Below, piece after piece: positions 1-10,347 of a stretch of 64,000 nt of DNA. The notes beneath the pieces are model-generated. The model was not told the origin of the DNA. It ran no database searches and saw nothing but the letters and a program-made list of their open reading frames with translations. Source of the DNA: Bryobacterales bacterium (lineage in GTDB: Bacteria; Acidobacteriota; Terriglobia; Bryobacterales; UBA6623). The position numbers and the translations under genes were made by a program. Position 1 is the stretch's first letter. Each line of letters starts with the position of its first letter. Where the stretch lies: positions 640,001 to 704,000 of the forward strand of contig OY729428.2 in assembly GCA_963422375.2 (NCBI GenBank). Reading direction: 5' to 3'.

Positions 1-67
1 CGGACTTCGAGCAGACGCGGGCGGACCGCGAGGAGCTGGAGGTCGCCGAGTAGCGGCCCTGCGAGCC

Positions 68-1366
68 ATGAAGATCACCGGACTGCGCGTGCGCGACATC
101 CGCTTCCCGACCTCGCTCGACCTAGCGGGATCGGACGCCATGAACCCCGACCCCGACTACTCCGCCGCCTACGTGGTCCTCGAGACGGATACCGGCCCCA
201 GAGGCCACGGGCTCGCCTTCACTCTCGGGCGCGGCACGGAAATCGTCGTGACCGCCGCCGAGGCCATGCGCTCGCTGGTATGCGGCCGCTCGCTCGAGGA
301 GTTCGTCGCGGACATGGGCGCGTTCTGGCGCCGCGTGACCGGCGACTCGCAGCTGCGGTGGATCGGCCCCGACAAGGGGGCCGTCCACCTTGCCACGGCC
401 GCCGTGGTGAACGCCGTGTGGGACCTGTGGGCCAAGAGCGAGGGCAAGCCCGTGTGGCGCCTGGTCGCCGACCTGACTCCCGCGGAGTTCGTGCGGCTCG
501 TCGACTTCCGCTACATCACCGACGCGCTGACTCCGGAGGAGGCGCGGGACCTGCTCGAGCGCAGGGCCGACGGCAAGGCGCGTCGCGCCGCCCTCGTGGA
601 GCGCCGGGGCTACCCGGCCTACACGACCTCCGCGGGCTGGCTGGGCTATCCCGACGAGAAGATCCGCGCGCTCTGCCGCCAAGGGCTCGCGCGCGGCTGG
701 GACCGCTTCAAGATCAAGGTCGGCCGCGACCGAGCCGACGACCGGCGGCGCTGCGCCATCATCCGCGAGGAGATCGGCCAGGGCGGCACGCTGATGACGG
801 ACGCCAACCAGGTCTGGGACGTAGGCGAGGCGGTCGACTGGATGAGGGATCTAGCCCCGTACCGACCGCTCTGGATCGAGGAGCCGACCAGCCCCGACGA
901 CGTGCTGGGGCACAGGGCCGTGCGCGAGGCGCTCCGGCCCCACGGGATCGGCGTCGCCACGGGCGAGATGTGCCAGAACCGCGTCCTCTTCAAGCAGTTC
1001 CTGCAGGCCGACGCGCTCGACTACGTGCAGGTCGACGCGACCCGGCTGGGCGGCGTCAACGAGGTTCTGGCGGTCCTGCTGCTGGCGGCCAAGTTCGGCA
1101 AGCCGGTTTGCCCGCACGCGGGCGGCGTGGGCCTGTGCGAGCACGTGCAGCACCTGGCGCTGATCGACTACATCTGCGTGTCGGGCTCGCTCGAGGGCCG
1201 CGTGCTCGAGTACGTCGACCACCTGCACGAGCACTTCGTCGATCCGGTGGCGCTGCGCGAGGACAGCTACATGCCGCCAGCGGCCCCCGGCTACAGCATC
1301 GAAATGAAGCCGCGATCGCTCGACCGCCACGACTTCGCAAACCGGGCGGAATACGCTAGCCTGTAG
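68..1366 (+). CDS. L-fuconate dehydratase (enolase superfamily, ENOSF1/rTS-beta-like)
   Basis: 432 aa; DIRFPTS...GSDAMNPDPDYS N-terminus, KIKVG, DANQ, WIEEPTSPDD, TGE, CPHAGGVGLCE motifs. Confidence 0.9.
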   Translation: MKITGLRVRDIRFPTSLDLAGSDAMNPDPDYSAAYVVLETDTGPRGHGLAFTLGRGTEIVVTAAEAMRSLVCGRSLEEFVADMGAFWRRVTGDSQLRWIGPDKGAVHLATAAVVNAVWDLWAKSEGKPVWRLVADLTPAEFVRLVDFRYITDALTPEEARDLLERRADGKARRAALVERRGYPAYTTSAGWLGYPDEKIRALCRQGLARGWDRFKIKVGRDRADDRRRCAIIREEIGQGGTLMTDANQVWDVGEAVDWMRDLAPYRPLWIEEPTSPDDVLGHRAVREALRPHGIGVATGEMCQNRVLFKQFLQADALDYVQVDATRLGGVNEVLAVLLLAAKFGKPVCPHAGGVGLCEHVQHLALIDYICVSGSLEGRVLEYVDHLHEHFVDPVALREDSYMPPAAPGYSIEMKPRSLDRHDFANRAEYASL

Positions 1367-1368
1367 GC

Positions 1369-2799
1369 GTGGAGGGTCACGCTCCGATGAAGCCGACCGT
1401 TGCGTTGAACCGCAGAGAGCTGCTGAAGGTCCTAGGGGGCGGCCTCGCCAACGTCGGCTTCGCCGCGGTCCTGGCGGGCGACCGAGGGCTCGCCGCCACC
1501 GAGGGGACGGATCTGCCGGCCGCGCACTTCGCCCCGAAGGCTAAGAGCGTCATCTCGATCTTCTGCTACGGCGGCCCCAGCCAGGTCGACACGTTCGACC
1601 CCAAGCCGGAGCTGGCGCGGCACGCCGGCGAGGTGATGAGCGGCGTCGGAGAGGTCGTCGTCTCGCAAGGCAATCCAGGCGGGCTGATGCCCTCGCCGTG
1701 GAAGTTCTCCAAGCACGGGCAAAGCGCCATCGAGGTTTCCGAGCTGTTCCCGAGCGTGGCCGGGCACGTCGACGACCTGGCCGTCGTCCGGTCGATGCAC
1801 ACCATGTCGAACGATCACGGCCCGGCGCTGTACCAGATGAACACCGGCACCGTACTGGCGGGCCATCCGAGCGTGGGCAGCTGGCTGACCTACGGCCTCG
1901 GTTCGGAGAACCAGAACCTGCCGGGGTACGTCGTCTTCACCGATCACCGCGGCGGGCCCATCAACGGCCAGCCGAACTGGGGCGCGGGCTACATGCCCGC
2001 GGCCTTCCAAGGCACGCAGTTCCGCTCGACAGGCGACCCGATCGTCGACCTGCGGCCGCCGAAGGAGATCAGCCGGGAGCGCCAGCGCAAGTGGCTGGAC
2101 CTGCTCCGCGACCTGAATCGCGAGCACCTAGCGCTGAATCCGGAAGACAACGAGCTCTCGGCGCGGATCGAGTCCTACGAGCTGGCGTACAACATGCAGG
2201 TCCACGCGACCGAGGCGATCGATATCTCCAAGGAAACCGAGGGGACCCGCAAGCTCTACGGACTGGACGACGACCGCACGCGCTACTTCGGCCGCCAGGC
2301 GCTGATGGCGCGCCGGCTAGTGGAGCGCGGCGTGCGCGTGGTCCAGCTGTACTCCGGCGGCGGCAACCATGAGCCGACCTGGGACCAGCACTGGTCGCTG
2401 GAGCACTTCCACACGATGCATGCGGGCGAGACCGACGGCCCGATCGCGGGCCTGCTGACCGACCTCAAGCAGCGCGGGCTGTTCGAGGAGACGCTTGTGA
2501 TCTGGCACGGCGAGTTCGGCCGAATGCCGATCAGCCAGCGCCTGGACGGCAGGGACCACAATCCGTACGGCTTCACGGTCTGGCTGGCCGGAGGCGGCGT
2601 GAAGGGAGGCACCGTGGTCGGGGCGACGGATCACTTCGGGTACAAGGCCGTGGAGAACCCCAAGTCGGTGTACGACCTGCACGCGACGCTCCTGCACCTG
2701 ATGGGACTGGACCACGAGAAGCTGACCTATCACCACAACGGCCGCGACATGCGCCTCACGGACGTTCACGGGAACCTCATCCGCGAGATCATCGCGTAG
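1369..2799 (+). CDS. DUF1501 domain protein (sulfatase-like, Tat signal)
   Basis: NRRELL Tat motif; HFAPKAKSVI, GGPSQVDTFDPKP, ARRLVERGVR, GEFGRMP, RLTDVHG motifs; start is GTG 1369 or ATG 1387. Confidence 0.88.
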   Translation: MEGHAPMKPTVALNRRELLKVLGGGLANVGFAAVLAGDRGLAATEGTDLPAAHFAPKAKSVISIFCYGGPSQVDTFDPKPELARHAGEVMSGVGEVVVSQGNPGGLMPSPWKFSKHGQSAIEVSELFPSVAGHVDDLAVVRSMHTMSNDHGPALYQMNTGTVLAGHPSVGSWLTYGLGSENQNLPGYVVFTDHRGGPINGQPNWGAGYMPAAFQGTQFRSTGDPIVDLRPPKEISRERQRKWLDLLRDLNREHLALNPEDNELSARIESYELAYNMQVHATEAIDISKETEGTRKLYGLDDDRTRYFGRQALMARRLVERGVRVVQLYSGGGNHEPTWDQHWSLEHFHTMHAGETDGPIAGLLTDLKQRGLFEETLVIWHGEFGRMPISQRLDGRDHNPYGFTVWLAGGGVKGGTVVGATDHFGYKAVENPKSVYDLHATLLHLMGLDHEKLTYHHNGRDMRLTDVHGNLIREIIA

Positions 2800-2838
2800 G
2801 GCCCGCTGCCCGGCCGCGGGCGCGTCCCGCGAGCCGCG

Positions 2839-3609
2839 TCAATTCCCGCGAGACCGGCGCCCGTCCCGCGACCGGCGCTTGGCCTCCTCCTCGTCGATCA
2901 CGGTGAGGTTGAAGTTGACCTCGATCAGCGTGATGACCTCGACCTCCCGTCCGTTGAGCCTCGTCGGGCGGTACCTCCACTGGGCGACTGCCTGCATGGC
3001 CGCGAGGGCGAGCAGCGGGTGTCCGTCGATCAGCTTCAGGTCGCGCACGTTGCCGTCCACGGCGACGATCGCCTCCAGCCGGACCCTGCCGGAGACATAC
3101 TGCTCGACGGCCTCCGGCGGGTAGACCGGCTGGACCCTGCGCGTGAGGCGGGCATGCTGGACCTTGCCTCCGACGCGGACCGGCGGCGGCAGAGCAAGGC
3201 TCGCGGAGTCGATCGGGAACATGCCCAGCACGCCCTCGACGCCGGCCTTGCCGAGGCCGCCGTCGAGCCCCCGACCGGCGGGCAGGCTCGCGACCGGGGA
3301 GGCCGGGGCGCCGGTGTCGTGCAGGATCGAGACCTTGTCCGGTATCGCCGCGGGAGCCAGGAACTCGGCCTCGTAGCGAGCCCGCGGCGGACTCGGCGCG
3401 GGCGGAACGGCGGGAGGGGGCGGCGCCGGCGGCGGGGGGACCGCCAAGGCGATCGAGCCGCGCGGCCACATGGCGAGGTCGATCTCGTACGTGTTGACAA
3501 GCGGCGCCATGAGCAGGCCCGCGAGACCGAGAGCCTGGATCGCCAGGGACGCGGCGAAGCTCCACCCCTTGCGAGCGGCCGAATCCGAGAGAACCTGCTG
3601 TTCGAACAC
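2839..3609 (-). CDS. tonB: Energy transducer TonB
   Basis: GTG start (MFEQQ) after AGGAGGG; N-terminal TM helix, Pro-rich linker, C-terminal PVYPPEA...QWRYRP TonB_C domain. Confidence 0.85.
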   Translation of the reverse strand: MFEQQVLSDSAARKGWSFAASLAIQALGLAGLLMAPLVNTYEIDLAMWPRGSIALAVPPPPAPPPPAVPPAPSPPRARYEAEFLAPAAIPDKVSILHDTGAPASPVASLPAGRGLDGGLGKAGVEGVLGMFPIDSASLALPPPVRVGGKVQHARLTRRVQPVYPPEAVEQYVSGRVRLEAIVAVDGNVRDLKLIDGHPLLALAAMQAVAQWRYRPTRLNGREVEVITLIEVNFNLTVIDEEEAKRRSRDGRRSRGN

Positions 3610-3831
3610 GAACCCTCCTGCTTGTCTTGATTCAATCCCCGCGCGCTTGGTTACGGCCCTGGGCGTTCCTGGCAGCCTTCGACTCGCGATCGCGCATGGC
3701 GGAAGGGCGGTCACGCGCCGAGGGATACGCGGTGACGCGTTCACGCGCGGGCGGCCGACGATGGAATGTGCTGTACGGAACATCAAGAGAGGACATGATC
3801 CGTACGGGACCAGCTTACGCCGATATCCCTA

Positions 3832-4864
3832 CCTGATTACCAACGAACATCAGCCGAGGATATGCTATACTGGAGGAGGTCGGAAACCTCTGACAGGAAA
3901 GGGGATAGCTGATGAAACGCAATCGCGTGCAATTCCAGAAGGGACTCAGCCCGGGCAAGTTCCTGCAGCGCTACGGCAGCGAGGGGCAATGCGAGCACGC
4001 CGTCTTCAAGGCCCGCTGGCCGGACGGCTTCCGCTGCCCGGAGTGCGGCTCCCGGCGGCACTGCCGCATCCGCTCCCGCAAGCTCTGGCAGTGCCATGCC
4101 TGCCACCGCCGGACCTCCCTCGTCGCCGGCACGATCTTCGCCGCCACCAAGCTGCCGCTGACCGTCTGGTTCCTGGCGCTCCACCTGCTGACGCAGGGCA
4201 AGCACGGCGTTTCGTCGCTGGAACTGGCGCGGCAGCTGGGGGTCAGCCGGAATACCGCCTGGAAGATGAAGCACAAGCTCTTGCAAGTGATGAAGGAGCG
4301 CGACGAGCGCGTGCCGCCGGGCGGCATCGTGCAGGTGGACGACGCCTGCTGGGGCGGGGAGCGGAGCGGCGGCCAGCGCGGTCGCGGAGCGGCGGGCAAG
4401 ACGCCGTTCGTGGCCGCCGTGCAGGTCACCGCCGCCGGCCAGCCGGCAAGGATGCGCCTGAGCAGCGTGGCGGGCTTCCGCAAGAAGACGCTGGCAGCGT
4501 GGGCCGGGCGGCACTTGCAGCCCGGCACGAAGGTGCATTCCGACGGCCCGGCCTGCTTCCGGGGCGTGGCCGGCGCCGGCTGCGAGCACGTGCCGACCGT
4601 CACCGGAGGCGGGCAGCGGAGCTGCGGGGATTCCCGCTTCTTCCGGGTCAACACGATGCTGGGGAACGTCAAGCAGTCCCTGGCGGGAACCTGCCATTCG
4701 TTCGACGGCAAGCACCTGCCGCGCTACCTCGCCGAGTTCCGCTACCGCTTCAACCGCCGCTACGATCTCGAGGCGCTGGTCCCCCGCCTGCTCCACGCCT
4801 CCGTGCGCACCCCGCCCATGCCTTACCGCCTCCTAACCTTGGCTGAGTCTTGTGGGTAATCAGG
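3832..4864 (+). mobile_element. Complete IS1595-family element with 8-bp target duplication
   Basis: Imperfect terminal inverted repeats CCTGATTACCAACGAACATCAGCC and rc CCTGATTACCCACAAGACTCAGCC; flanking direct repeat TATCCCTA at 3824-3831 and 4865-4872. Confidence 0.95.
3912..4859 (+). CDS. IS1595-family DDE transposase
   Basis: RWPDGFRCPEC...WQCHAC zinc ribbon, GTIF...KLPL HTH, VQVDD, HSDG, YLAEFRYRFNRR; stop codon lies inside the right TIR. Confidence 0.95.
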   Translation: MKRNRVQFQKGLSPGKFLQRYGSEGQCEHAVFKARWPDGFRCPECGSRRHCRIRSRKLWQCHACHRRTSLVAGTIFAATKLPLTVWFLALHLLTQGKHGVSSLELARQLGVSRNTAWKMKHKLLQVMKERDERVPPGGIVQVDDACWGGERSGGQRGRGAAGKTPFVAAVQVTAAGQPARMRLSSVAGFRKKTLAAWAGRHLQPGTKVHSDGPACFRGVAGAGCEHVPTVTGGGQRSCGDSRFFRVNTMLGNVKQSLAGTCHSFDGKHLPRYLAEFRYRFNRRYDLEALVPRLLHASVRTPPMPYRLLTLAESCG

Positions 4865-5661
4865 TATCCCTATGATTTACTTGCCTATTGACAATTCAGC
4901 GAAGTCGGAATAAAGGTAGAAATAACGAGCCGATGTAATAGGGGCCAATTCAGTGATAATTAGTGTCAATAATCGTTTGTGAATCGGCCGCTATACTCTC
5001 ATTTTACGTACAGTTATCCTCAAGAATATAGGCAAATCGTTCTTGCGTGAAAGGACTGAGAATTTATGCAAGTCTACGGCTGATCAATTACCGATGACGG
5101 TTCCCATTTCCGCCGGTTTCTCCGTCTTGTACAAGCTTGCTATGACGGAACCTCCGGTGCCTATCCCTCGAACTTCGGACCGCCGTTCCTCTCCATCGGA
5201 ATATTGTCCTAGGAAGCTGGTCGCTAGGAATTCAATCCGCAGCAAACCAATCTGATACGCTTACCAGATCATCGTCTGCAGCTGCCTATCCACTAAAGGG
5301 TATCTAGCGATATCTCCGTACACCGATTATCGTCCAAGCACGCTTGCTTGAAGCCTTCTCCCGATAGGAACCTTGGATGGACACTCCTTTCGAATCGTGC
5401 AAGTCGTCCCTGCAATTCCCAACCGCGCAGCGATTCATGCTTGGTCGGGACGTTCATCCTCAGCCGCAGATCAACCTAGGCGTCGGTTCTCGATGAACTG
5501 CCGGGTCAACCCGGTCCGATGTCCCCCGGTCGCAGGCGGCGGCGAATTCCCGCCGTTACGCGCCGACGGCAAGGCCCCGATCCATGCGTCCGCGGCCGGT
5601 CGCCCCGGACACACCTTCGCGCTCTGACGCGAGCTTCCTGGCCACCCCGGAGCGGCCCGCG

Positions 5662-6450
5662 TCAGGTTCCGAGTTGGTCGGCCAGGTCCAGGAAGTCGCG
5701 CGCGTTCAGGTCGAACTTGTCTTCGAACGAGAGGTCGATCCGGCGGTTCGGCCGCTCCTCCGGCCGCGGCACGAAGGCGGTGCGCAGGCCCGCCGCCGCC
5801 GCGCCCCGCAGATCGCGCTTGTGCGCGGCCACCATCATGACCTCCCCCGGCGCCAAGCCGAGCAGGGCCGCCGCCTTCAGGTAGACCTCGCGGTCCGGCT
5901 TGTAGCGCCCGGCCAGCTCCGCCGACAGCACGGCGTCCCAAGGCAGGCCGGCGCGCTTGGCCATGTTGACGAGCAGGGCCACGTTACCGTTGGAGAGCGA
6001 CGCGATCACGTACTTGCGCTTCAGCCTGGCGAGGCCTTCGACGGCGTCCGGCCAAGGGTCGAGCCGATGCCAGACGCGATTGAACCGCTCCCGGTCCGAC
6101 TCGCGCAGCCCGGCGAGGCCGAAACGGTCGAGCAGCTCGTCTAGAATCAGGCGATGCAGCTCGTCGATCGTCTTCCACGGCAGATCGCCCCTCCGGACGC
6201 GGCCCATCGCGGGCCCGTAGCCGTCGCGCCAGGCATCGGCGAAGGCGGCCCAGTCGACCTGCAGCCCTCGCTCGCGCCCGAGCGACTCGCCCTCGCGGAT
6301 CACGGACGAGCGCCAGTCCACCACAGTGCCGAACACATCGAACGCCAGGGCGCCCACCTCGGGCGGCGGTCGGCCTTGCATGGAAGCGGATCCCGCGACG
6401 GCCAGCGCGAACGCCCGCCGCGTGAGGCCGGGGAGCGTCGAGAGGCCCAT
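5662..6450 (-). CDS. Haloacid dehalogenase type II (HAD superfamily) with Tat-like signal
   Basis: FDVFGTVVDW, LSNGN, YKPD, MMVAAH motifs; TRRAFAL near the N-terminus. Confidence 0.88.
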   Translation of the reverse strand: MGLSTLPGLTRRAFALAVAGSASMQGRPPPEVGALAFDVFGTVVDWRSSVIREGESLGRERGLQVDWAAFADAWRDGYGPAMGRVRRGDLPWKTIDELHRLILDELLDRFGLAGLRESDRERFNRVWHRLDPWPDAVEGLARLKRKYVIASLSNGNVALLVNMAKRAGLPWDAVLSAELAGRYKPDREVYLKAAALLGLAPGEVMMVAAHKRDLRGAAAAGLRTAFVPRPEERPNRRIDLSFEDKFDLNARDFLDLADQLGT

Positions 6451-6510
6451 CGCCAAGAGTATACTTCCGGGCGACGGGAGCGCTTCGCGGGAGGCGGGAG
6501 CGATCGGCGC

Positions 6511-6532
6511 GCTAGGCTAAAGCTAGGCTAAA
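6511..6532 (+). repeat. 11-bp tandem repeat GCTAGGCTAAA x2 in the mutL promoter region
   Basis: Directly visible; each unit contains a TAGGCT (TAnnnT) hexamer; ends 11 bp before the mutL ATG. Confidence 0.8.
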
Positions 6533-6543
6533 ACTGAGCGCTA

Positions 6544-8433
6544 ATGGGCCGGATCCGCATACTGCCCGACCGCGTCGCCAACCAGATCGCCGCGGGCGAG
6601 GTGGTAGAGCGCCCCGCCTCGGTCTGCAAGGAGCTGCTAGAGAACTCGCTCGACGCCGGCGCGACGCAGATCCAGATCGAGCTGCACGCGGGCGGTCGCA
6701 GCCTGATACAGGTGAGCGACAACGGCTCGGGCATGAGCCGCGACGACGCGATGCTCGCCTTCGAGCGCCACGCCACGAGCAAGCTGCGACAAGCAGACGA
6801 CCTGCTGGCCATCGCGACGCTGGGATTCCGAGGCGAGGCCCTGCCGGCGATCGCGAGCGTTTCCCGCCTGACCCTGCGAACCTGCGCCGCGGGCGACGGC
6901 TCCGGCACGGCAGTGGAGATCCAGGGAGGCCGCCTGAAAGAGGTGCGCGACGAGGCGGCCGCGCCCGGGACGACCGTCACGGCCCGCAGCCTGTTCTACA
7001 ACGTGCCCGCCAGGAGGAAGTTCCTGAGGACGGAGAAGACCGAGCTCGGGCACGCGCTGCGCACCGCGACGCACTACAGCCTGGCCCATCTGGACAAGTC
7101 GTTCCAGCTGCGCAACGAGCACGGCACGCTGCTGGGCGTGACGCCCGTCAAGACGCTGCGCGAGCGCGTGTACCAGGTCTTCGGTGGCGACGCTCTCGAC
7201 CGCCTGGTGGAGCTGCCGCCGGGCGAGGGCGGCGCGAGCGCGGGAAGCCTGCGCCTCGCAGGCTTCGTGTCGGAACCGCAGTCCCAGCGCTCGAACCGGA
7301 ATTCCACCTACACCTTCGTTAACCGCCGCCTCGTGCGGGACCCTCTGATGCAGAGGGCGATTTCCGCCGCGTACGTGAACCTGATGCCGAACGGCGCCTA
7401 CCCCATGGCGCTGCTGTTCCTCGAGCTGCCTCCGGAGGAGGTCGACGTCAACGTTCACCCCGCCAAGACGGAGGTTCGCTTCCGCAATCCGTCCGCCGTC
7501 TTCGAGTTCGTCCGGGAGACGGTTCGCGAGCGCTTGGTCGAGTCCAAGCCGGCGGCGAGCCTGCCGCACCCGACGGCGACCGCCGGGCACGCGCTGCCTC
7601 CGCAGGCCCCGGCTGGCGGCGGGTGTCCCGGCCCGACCCCGTCCGTCGGGCAGGGGGCGCGACGGCCGGAGCGTCGGCCCGGCCGCCTAGCCTTCCCGCG
7701 GGGCCCGGCCCCTGCCGCCGGCACCACGCAGGACTCCGCGCAGCGCGAGCCCGCTCTCTCCCGGCCCGCGAACCCGGCGGCGGACGGCACCGCCGCCGTC
7801 GACGGCCACAGCAGGTCCCCGCTGGTGGAGCGCGGCCCTTCGAATCTCGGCCGCATCGGCGGACTGGACCTGCTGGGGCAGCTGCACGACAGCTTCATCG
7901 TCGCGGCCGGCGACGACGGAATCTGGATCATCGACCAGCACGTCGCCCACGAGCGCATCCTGTTCGAACAGGTGCTCGCGGCGCGCCTGCACGGCAAGCC
8001 CCCGATGCAGGCCTTGCTCACCCCGATCGTGCTGACGCTCACCCCCGACCGCATGCTGGCCTACGACGAGCTCTCGGAGGAGTTCCGCGGGAACGGCTTC
8101 GAGATCGAGCCCTACGGCGGCCGCACGGTCGCGGTCACCGCCACCCCGATGGAGCTGGCGGCCCAAGACGTCGAAACCCTGATGCTCGAGATCCTCGACC
8201 ACGCCGGCGACGGCGGGCCGGCGCCCTCGCTGGGGGACGTGCGCAAGCGCATGGCCGCCACCATCGCCTGCCACGCGGCCATCAAGGTCAACATGCCGCT
8301 GACAACGGAGAAGATGCGCTGGCTCCTGGAGGAGCTGGCCCGGTCGGACTGCCCCATGTCCTGCCCCCACGGCCGGCCTATCGCGCTCAAGTACGGCATG
8401 CGCGACATCTTGAAGGCGTTTCACCGCATCTGA
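6544..8433 (+). CDS. mutL: DNA mismatch repair endonuclease MutL
   Basis: QIAAGEVVERP, GFRGEAL, DVNVHPAK, DQHVAHER and CPHGRP endonuclease motifs. Confidence 0.97.
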   Translation: MGRIRILPDRVANQIAAGEVVERPASVCKELLENSLDAGATQIQIELHAGGRSLIQVSDNGSGMSRDDAMLAFERHATSKLRQADDLLAIATLGFRGEALPAIASVSRLTLRTCAAGDGSGTAVEIQGGRLKEVRDEAAAPGTTVTARSLFYNVPARRKFLRTEKTELGHALRTATHYSLAHLDKSFQLRNEHGTLLGVTPVKTLRERVYQVFGGDALDRLVELPPGEGGASAGSLRLAGFVSEPQSQRSNRNSTYTFVNRRLVRDPLMQRAISAAYVNLMPNGAYPMALLFLELPPEEVDVNVHPAKTEVRFRNPSAVFEFVRETVRERLVESKPAASLPHPTATAGHALPPQAPAGGGCPGPTPSVGQGARRPERRPGRLAFPRGPAPAAGTTQDSAQREPALSRPANPAADGTAAVDGHSRSPLVERGPSNLGRIGGLDLLGQLHDSFIVAAGDDGIWIIDQHVAHERILFEQVLAARLHGKPPMQALLTPIVLTLTPDRMLAYDELSEEFRGNGFEIEPYGGRTVAVTATPMELAAQDVETLMLEILDHAGDGGPAPSLGDVRKRMAATIACHAAIKVNMPLTTEKMRWLLEELARSDCPMSCPHGRPIALKYGMRDILKAFHRI

Positions 8434-8445
8434 CGCCGCGGCCCG

Positions 8446-9957
8446 TCACCCGTAGGTCCCGAACACGTCCCGCAGGGCGTCCGAAATCTCGCCGACGGTC
8501 GCCCCCGCTTCGACCGCCGCTCGGATCGGCGGCAGGAGGTTCGCCTCGCCGGACGCCGCGGAGCGGAGCCTGTCGAGTGCCGCCTCGCTCGCCGCCCGGT
8601 CCCGGCCGGCGCGGAAGGCCTCCAGCTCGGCCGCCCGCTCGCGCTCCTCGCCCTCGCCGATCCGGAGAAGCGGCAAGGCCGCGGCCTCGTCGGACCGGTA
8701 GGCGTTCACGCCGACGATCACCTGCTCGCCGGACTCGACACGGCGCTGGAAGGCGTAGGCGCTCTCCTGGATCTCGCGCTGCACGTAGCCCTGCTCGATC
8801 GCGGCCACCATCCCGCCCATCCCGTCGATCACCCGCAGGTACTCGAGGGCCCGCTCCTCCAGCTCCGAGGTCAGCCCCTCGATGCAGTGCGAGCCGCCGA
8901 GGGGATCGACGGTCGCCGTGACGCCGGACTCGAAGGCGACCACCTGCTGGGTGCGCAGCGCGAGGGCGGCGGCCTGCTCGCTCGGCAAGGCCAGCGCCTC
9001 GTCGAGGGAGTTCGTGTGCAGGGACTGGGCCCCGCCCAGAACCGCGGCAAGGGCTTGGTACGCCGTGCGGACGACATTCACCCGGGGCTGCTGGGCAGTC
9101 AGGCTCGAGCCGGCGGTCTGGGCGTGGAAGCGGAGCTTCATCGAGCGGGGGTCGCGGGCGCCGAAGCGCTCCTTCATGAGCCGGGCGTACATGCGCCTGG
9201 CCGCCCGGAACTTGCCAATCTCCTCGAGGAAGTCGCGGTCGGCGCTGAAGAAGAAGGAGAGACTGGGGGCGAACTCGTCCACGTCCATACCGGCCCGAAC
9301 TGCGGACTCGATGTAGGCGACGGCGTTGCCGAGGGTGAACGCCAGTTCCTGGGCAGCGCTCGCTCCCGCCTCCCGCATGTGGTAGCCGCTGATCGAGATG
9401 CCGTTCCAGCGGGGAGCCTCGCGCGCCGCCCACGCCAGCAGGTCGGTCACGACCCGCATCGAGGCCTGCGGCGGATAGATGTAGGTCCCGCGAGCGACAT
9501 ACTCCTTGAGGATGTCGTTCTGGACGGTGCCGCGCAGGGCTGAGGTGGGCACCCCCGCGCGGTCCGCCGCCGCCGAGTACAGGGCGAGCAGAATCGCCGC
9601 CGTGGAATTGATCGTCATCGACGTAGACACCCTGTCCAGAGGGATGCCCCGGAAGAGCGCCTCCATGTCGGCCAGGCACGAGATCGCGACGCCGGCGCGC
9701 CCCACCTCGCCGAGCGCGAGCGCATGGTCGGAGTCGTATCCCATCTGGGTGGGAAGGTCGAAGGCCACCGACAGGCCGGTCGTGCCGCGTTCGATCAGAT
9801 AGCGGTAGCGCTCGTTCGACTGCCGGGCGTTGCCGTAGCCGGCGTACTGGCGCATGGTCCACAGGCGGTCGCGATACATCCCCGCGTGGATCCCGCGGGT
9901 GTAGGGGTACTCCCCAGGATCCGGCTGGGACGGCGGCGGCTCGTACAGGGGCTTCAT
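8446..9957 (-). CDS. Methylmalonyl-CoA mutase, large (substrate-binding) subunit
   Basis: [17 protein letters not shown] (Tyr), [12 protein letters not shown] (Arg), [19 protein letters not shown]; no B12-binding domain. Confidence 0.92.
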   Translation of the reverse strand: MKPLYEPPPSQPDPGEYPYTRGIHAGMYRDRLWTMRQYAGYGNARQSNERYRYLIERGTTGLSVAFDLPTQMGYDSDHALALGEVGRAGVAISCLADMEALFRGIPLDRVSTSMTINSTAAILLALYSAAADRAGVPTSALRGTVQNDILKEYVARGTYIYPPQASMRVVTDLLAWAAREAPRWNGISISGYHMREAGASAAQELAFTLGNAVAYIESAVRAGMDVDEFAPSLSFFFSADRDFLEEIGKFRAARRMYARLMKERFGARDPRSMKLRFHAQTAGSSLTAQQPRVNVVRTAYQALAAVLGGAQSLHTNSLDEALALPSEQAAALALRTQQVVAFESGVTATVDPLGGSHCIEGLTSELEERALEYLRVIDGMGGMVAAIEQGYVQREIQESAYAFQRRVESGEQVIVGVNAYRSDEAAALPLLRIGEGEERERAAELEAFRAGRDRAASEAALDRLRSAASGEANLLPPIRAAVEAGATVGEISDALRDVFGTYG

Positions 9958-9974
9958 CTACCCGCGGGACTTCC

Positions 9975-10256
9975 CTAGCGCGCGCGGGCTATCTTCTTCG
10001 CCTTGCGGAACGAGTCGATTCCGAACCACGCGAACATGAGCGCGCCGACCCCCGACACGACGAGCCTAGTGAAGCTGTCGGGCAGCTGGCGGTACGCCTG
10101 GATGAACCCGAACGGGCCGAAGACGAAGAAGGCACCGAACGACAGGAAGACGAAGCCGACGATCTCGAGGCCCAGCTCGCGAGCGATCGACAGGAAGCGG
10201 GGCACCATCCTGCGGACGGCGTCGAGGCCCGCGCCGAAGGCCTTCGCGACCTGCAT
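9975..10256 (-). CDS. Small hypothetical membrane protein
   Basis: Two hydrophobic segments and a basic tail; ATG 10256 preceded by TAGCAT at 7 nt. Confidence 0.6.
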   Translation of the reverse strand: MQVAKAFGAGLDAVRRMVPRFLSIARELGLEIVGFVFLSFGAFFVFGPFGFIQAYRQLPDSFTRLVVSGVGALMFAWFGIDSFRKAKKIARAR

Positions 10257-10347
10257 AACGAGAATGCTACCAGCAGCGGCGGCGTCGCGGCCGGGCGACC
10301 CGCTCGAGGCGGCCTGGGTCCGGCGAACCGAGACTATGCTGAGGCCC

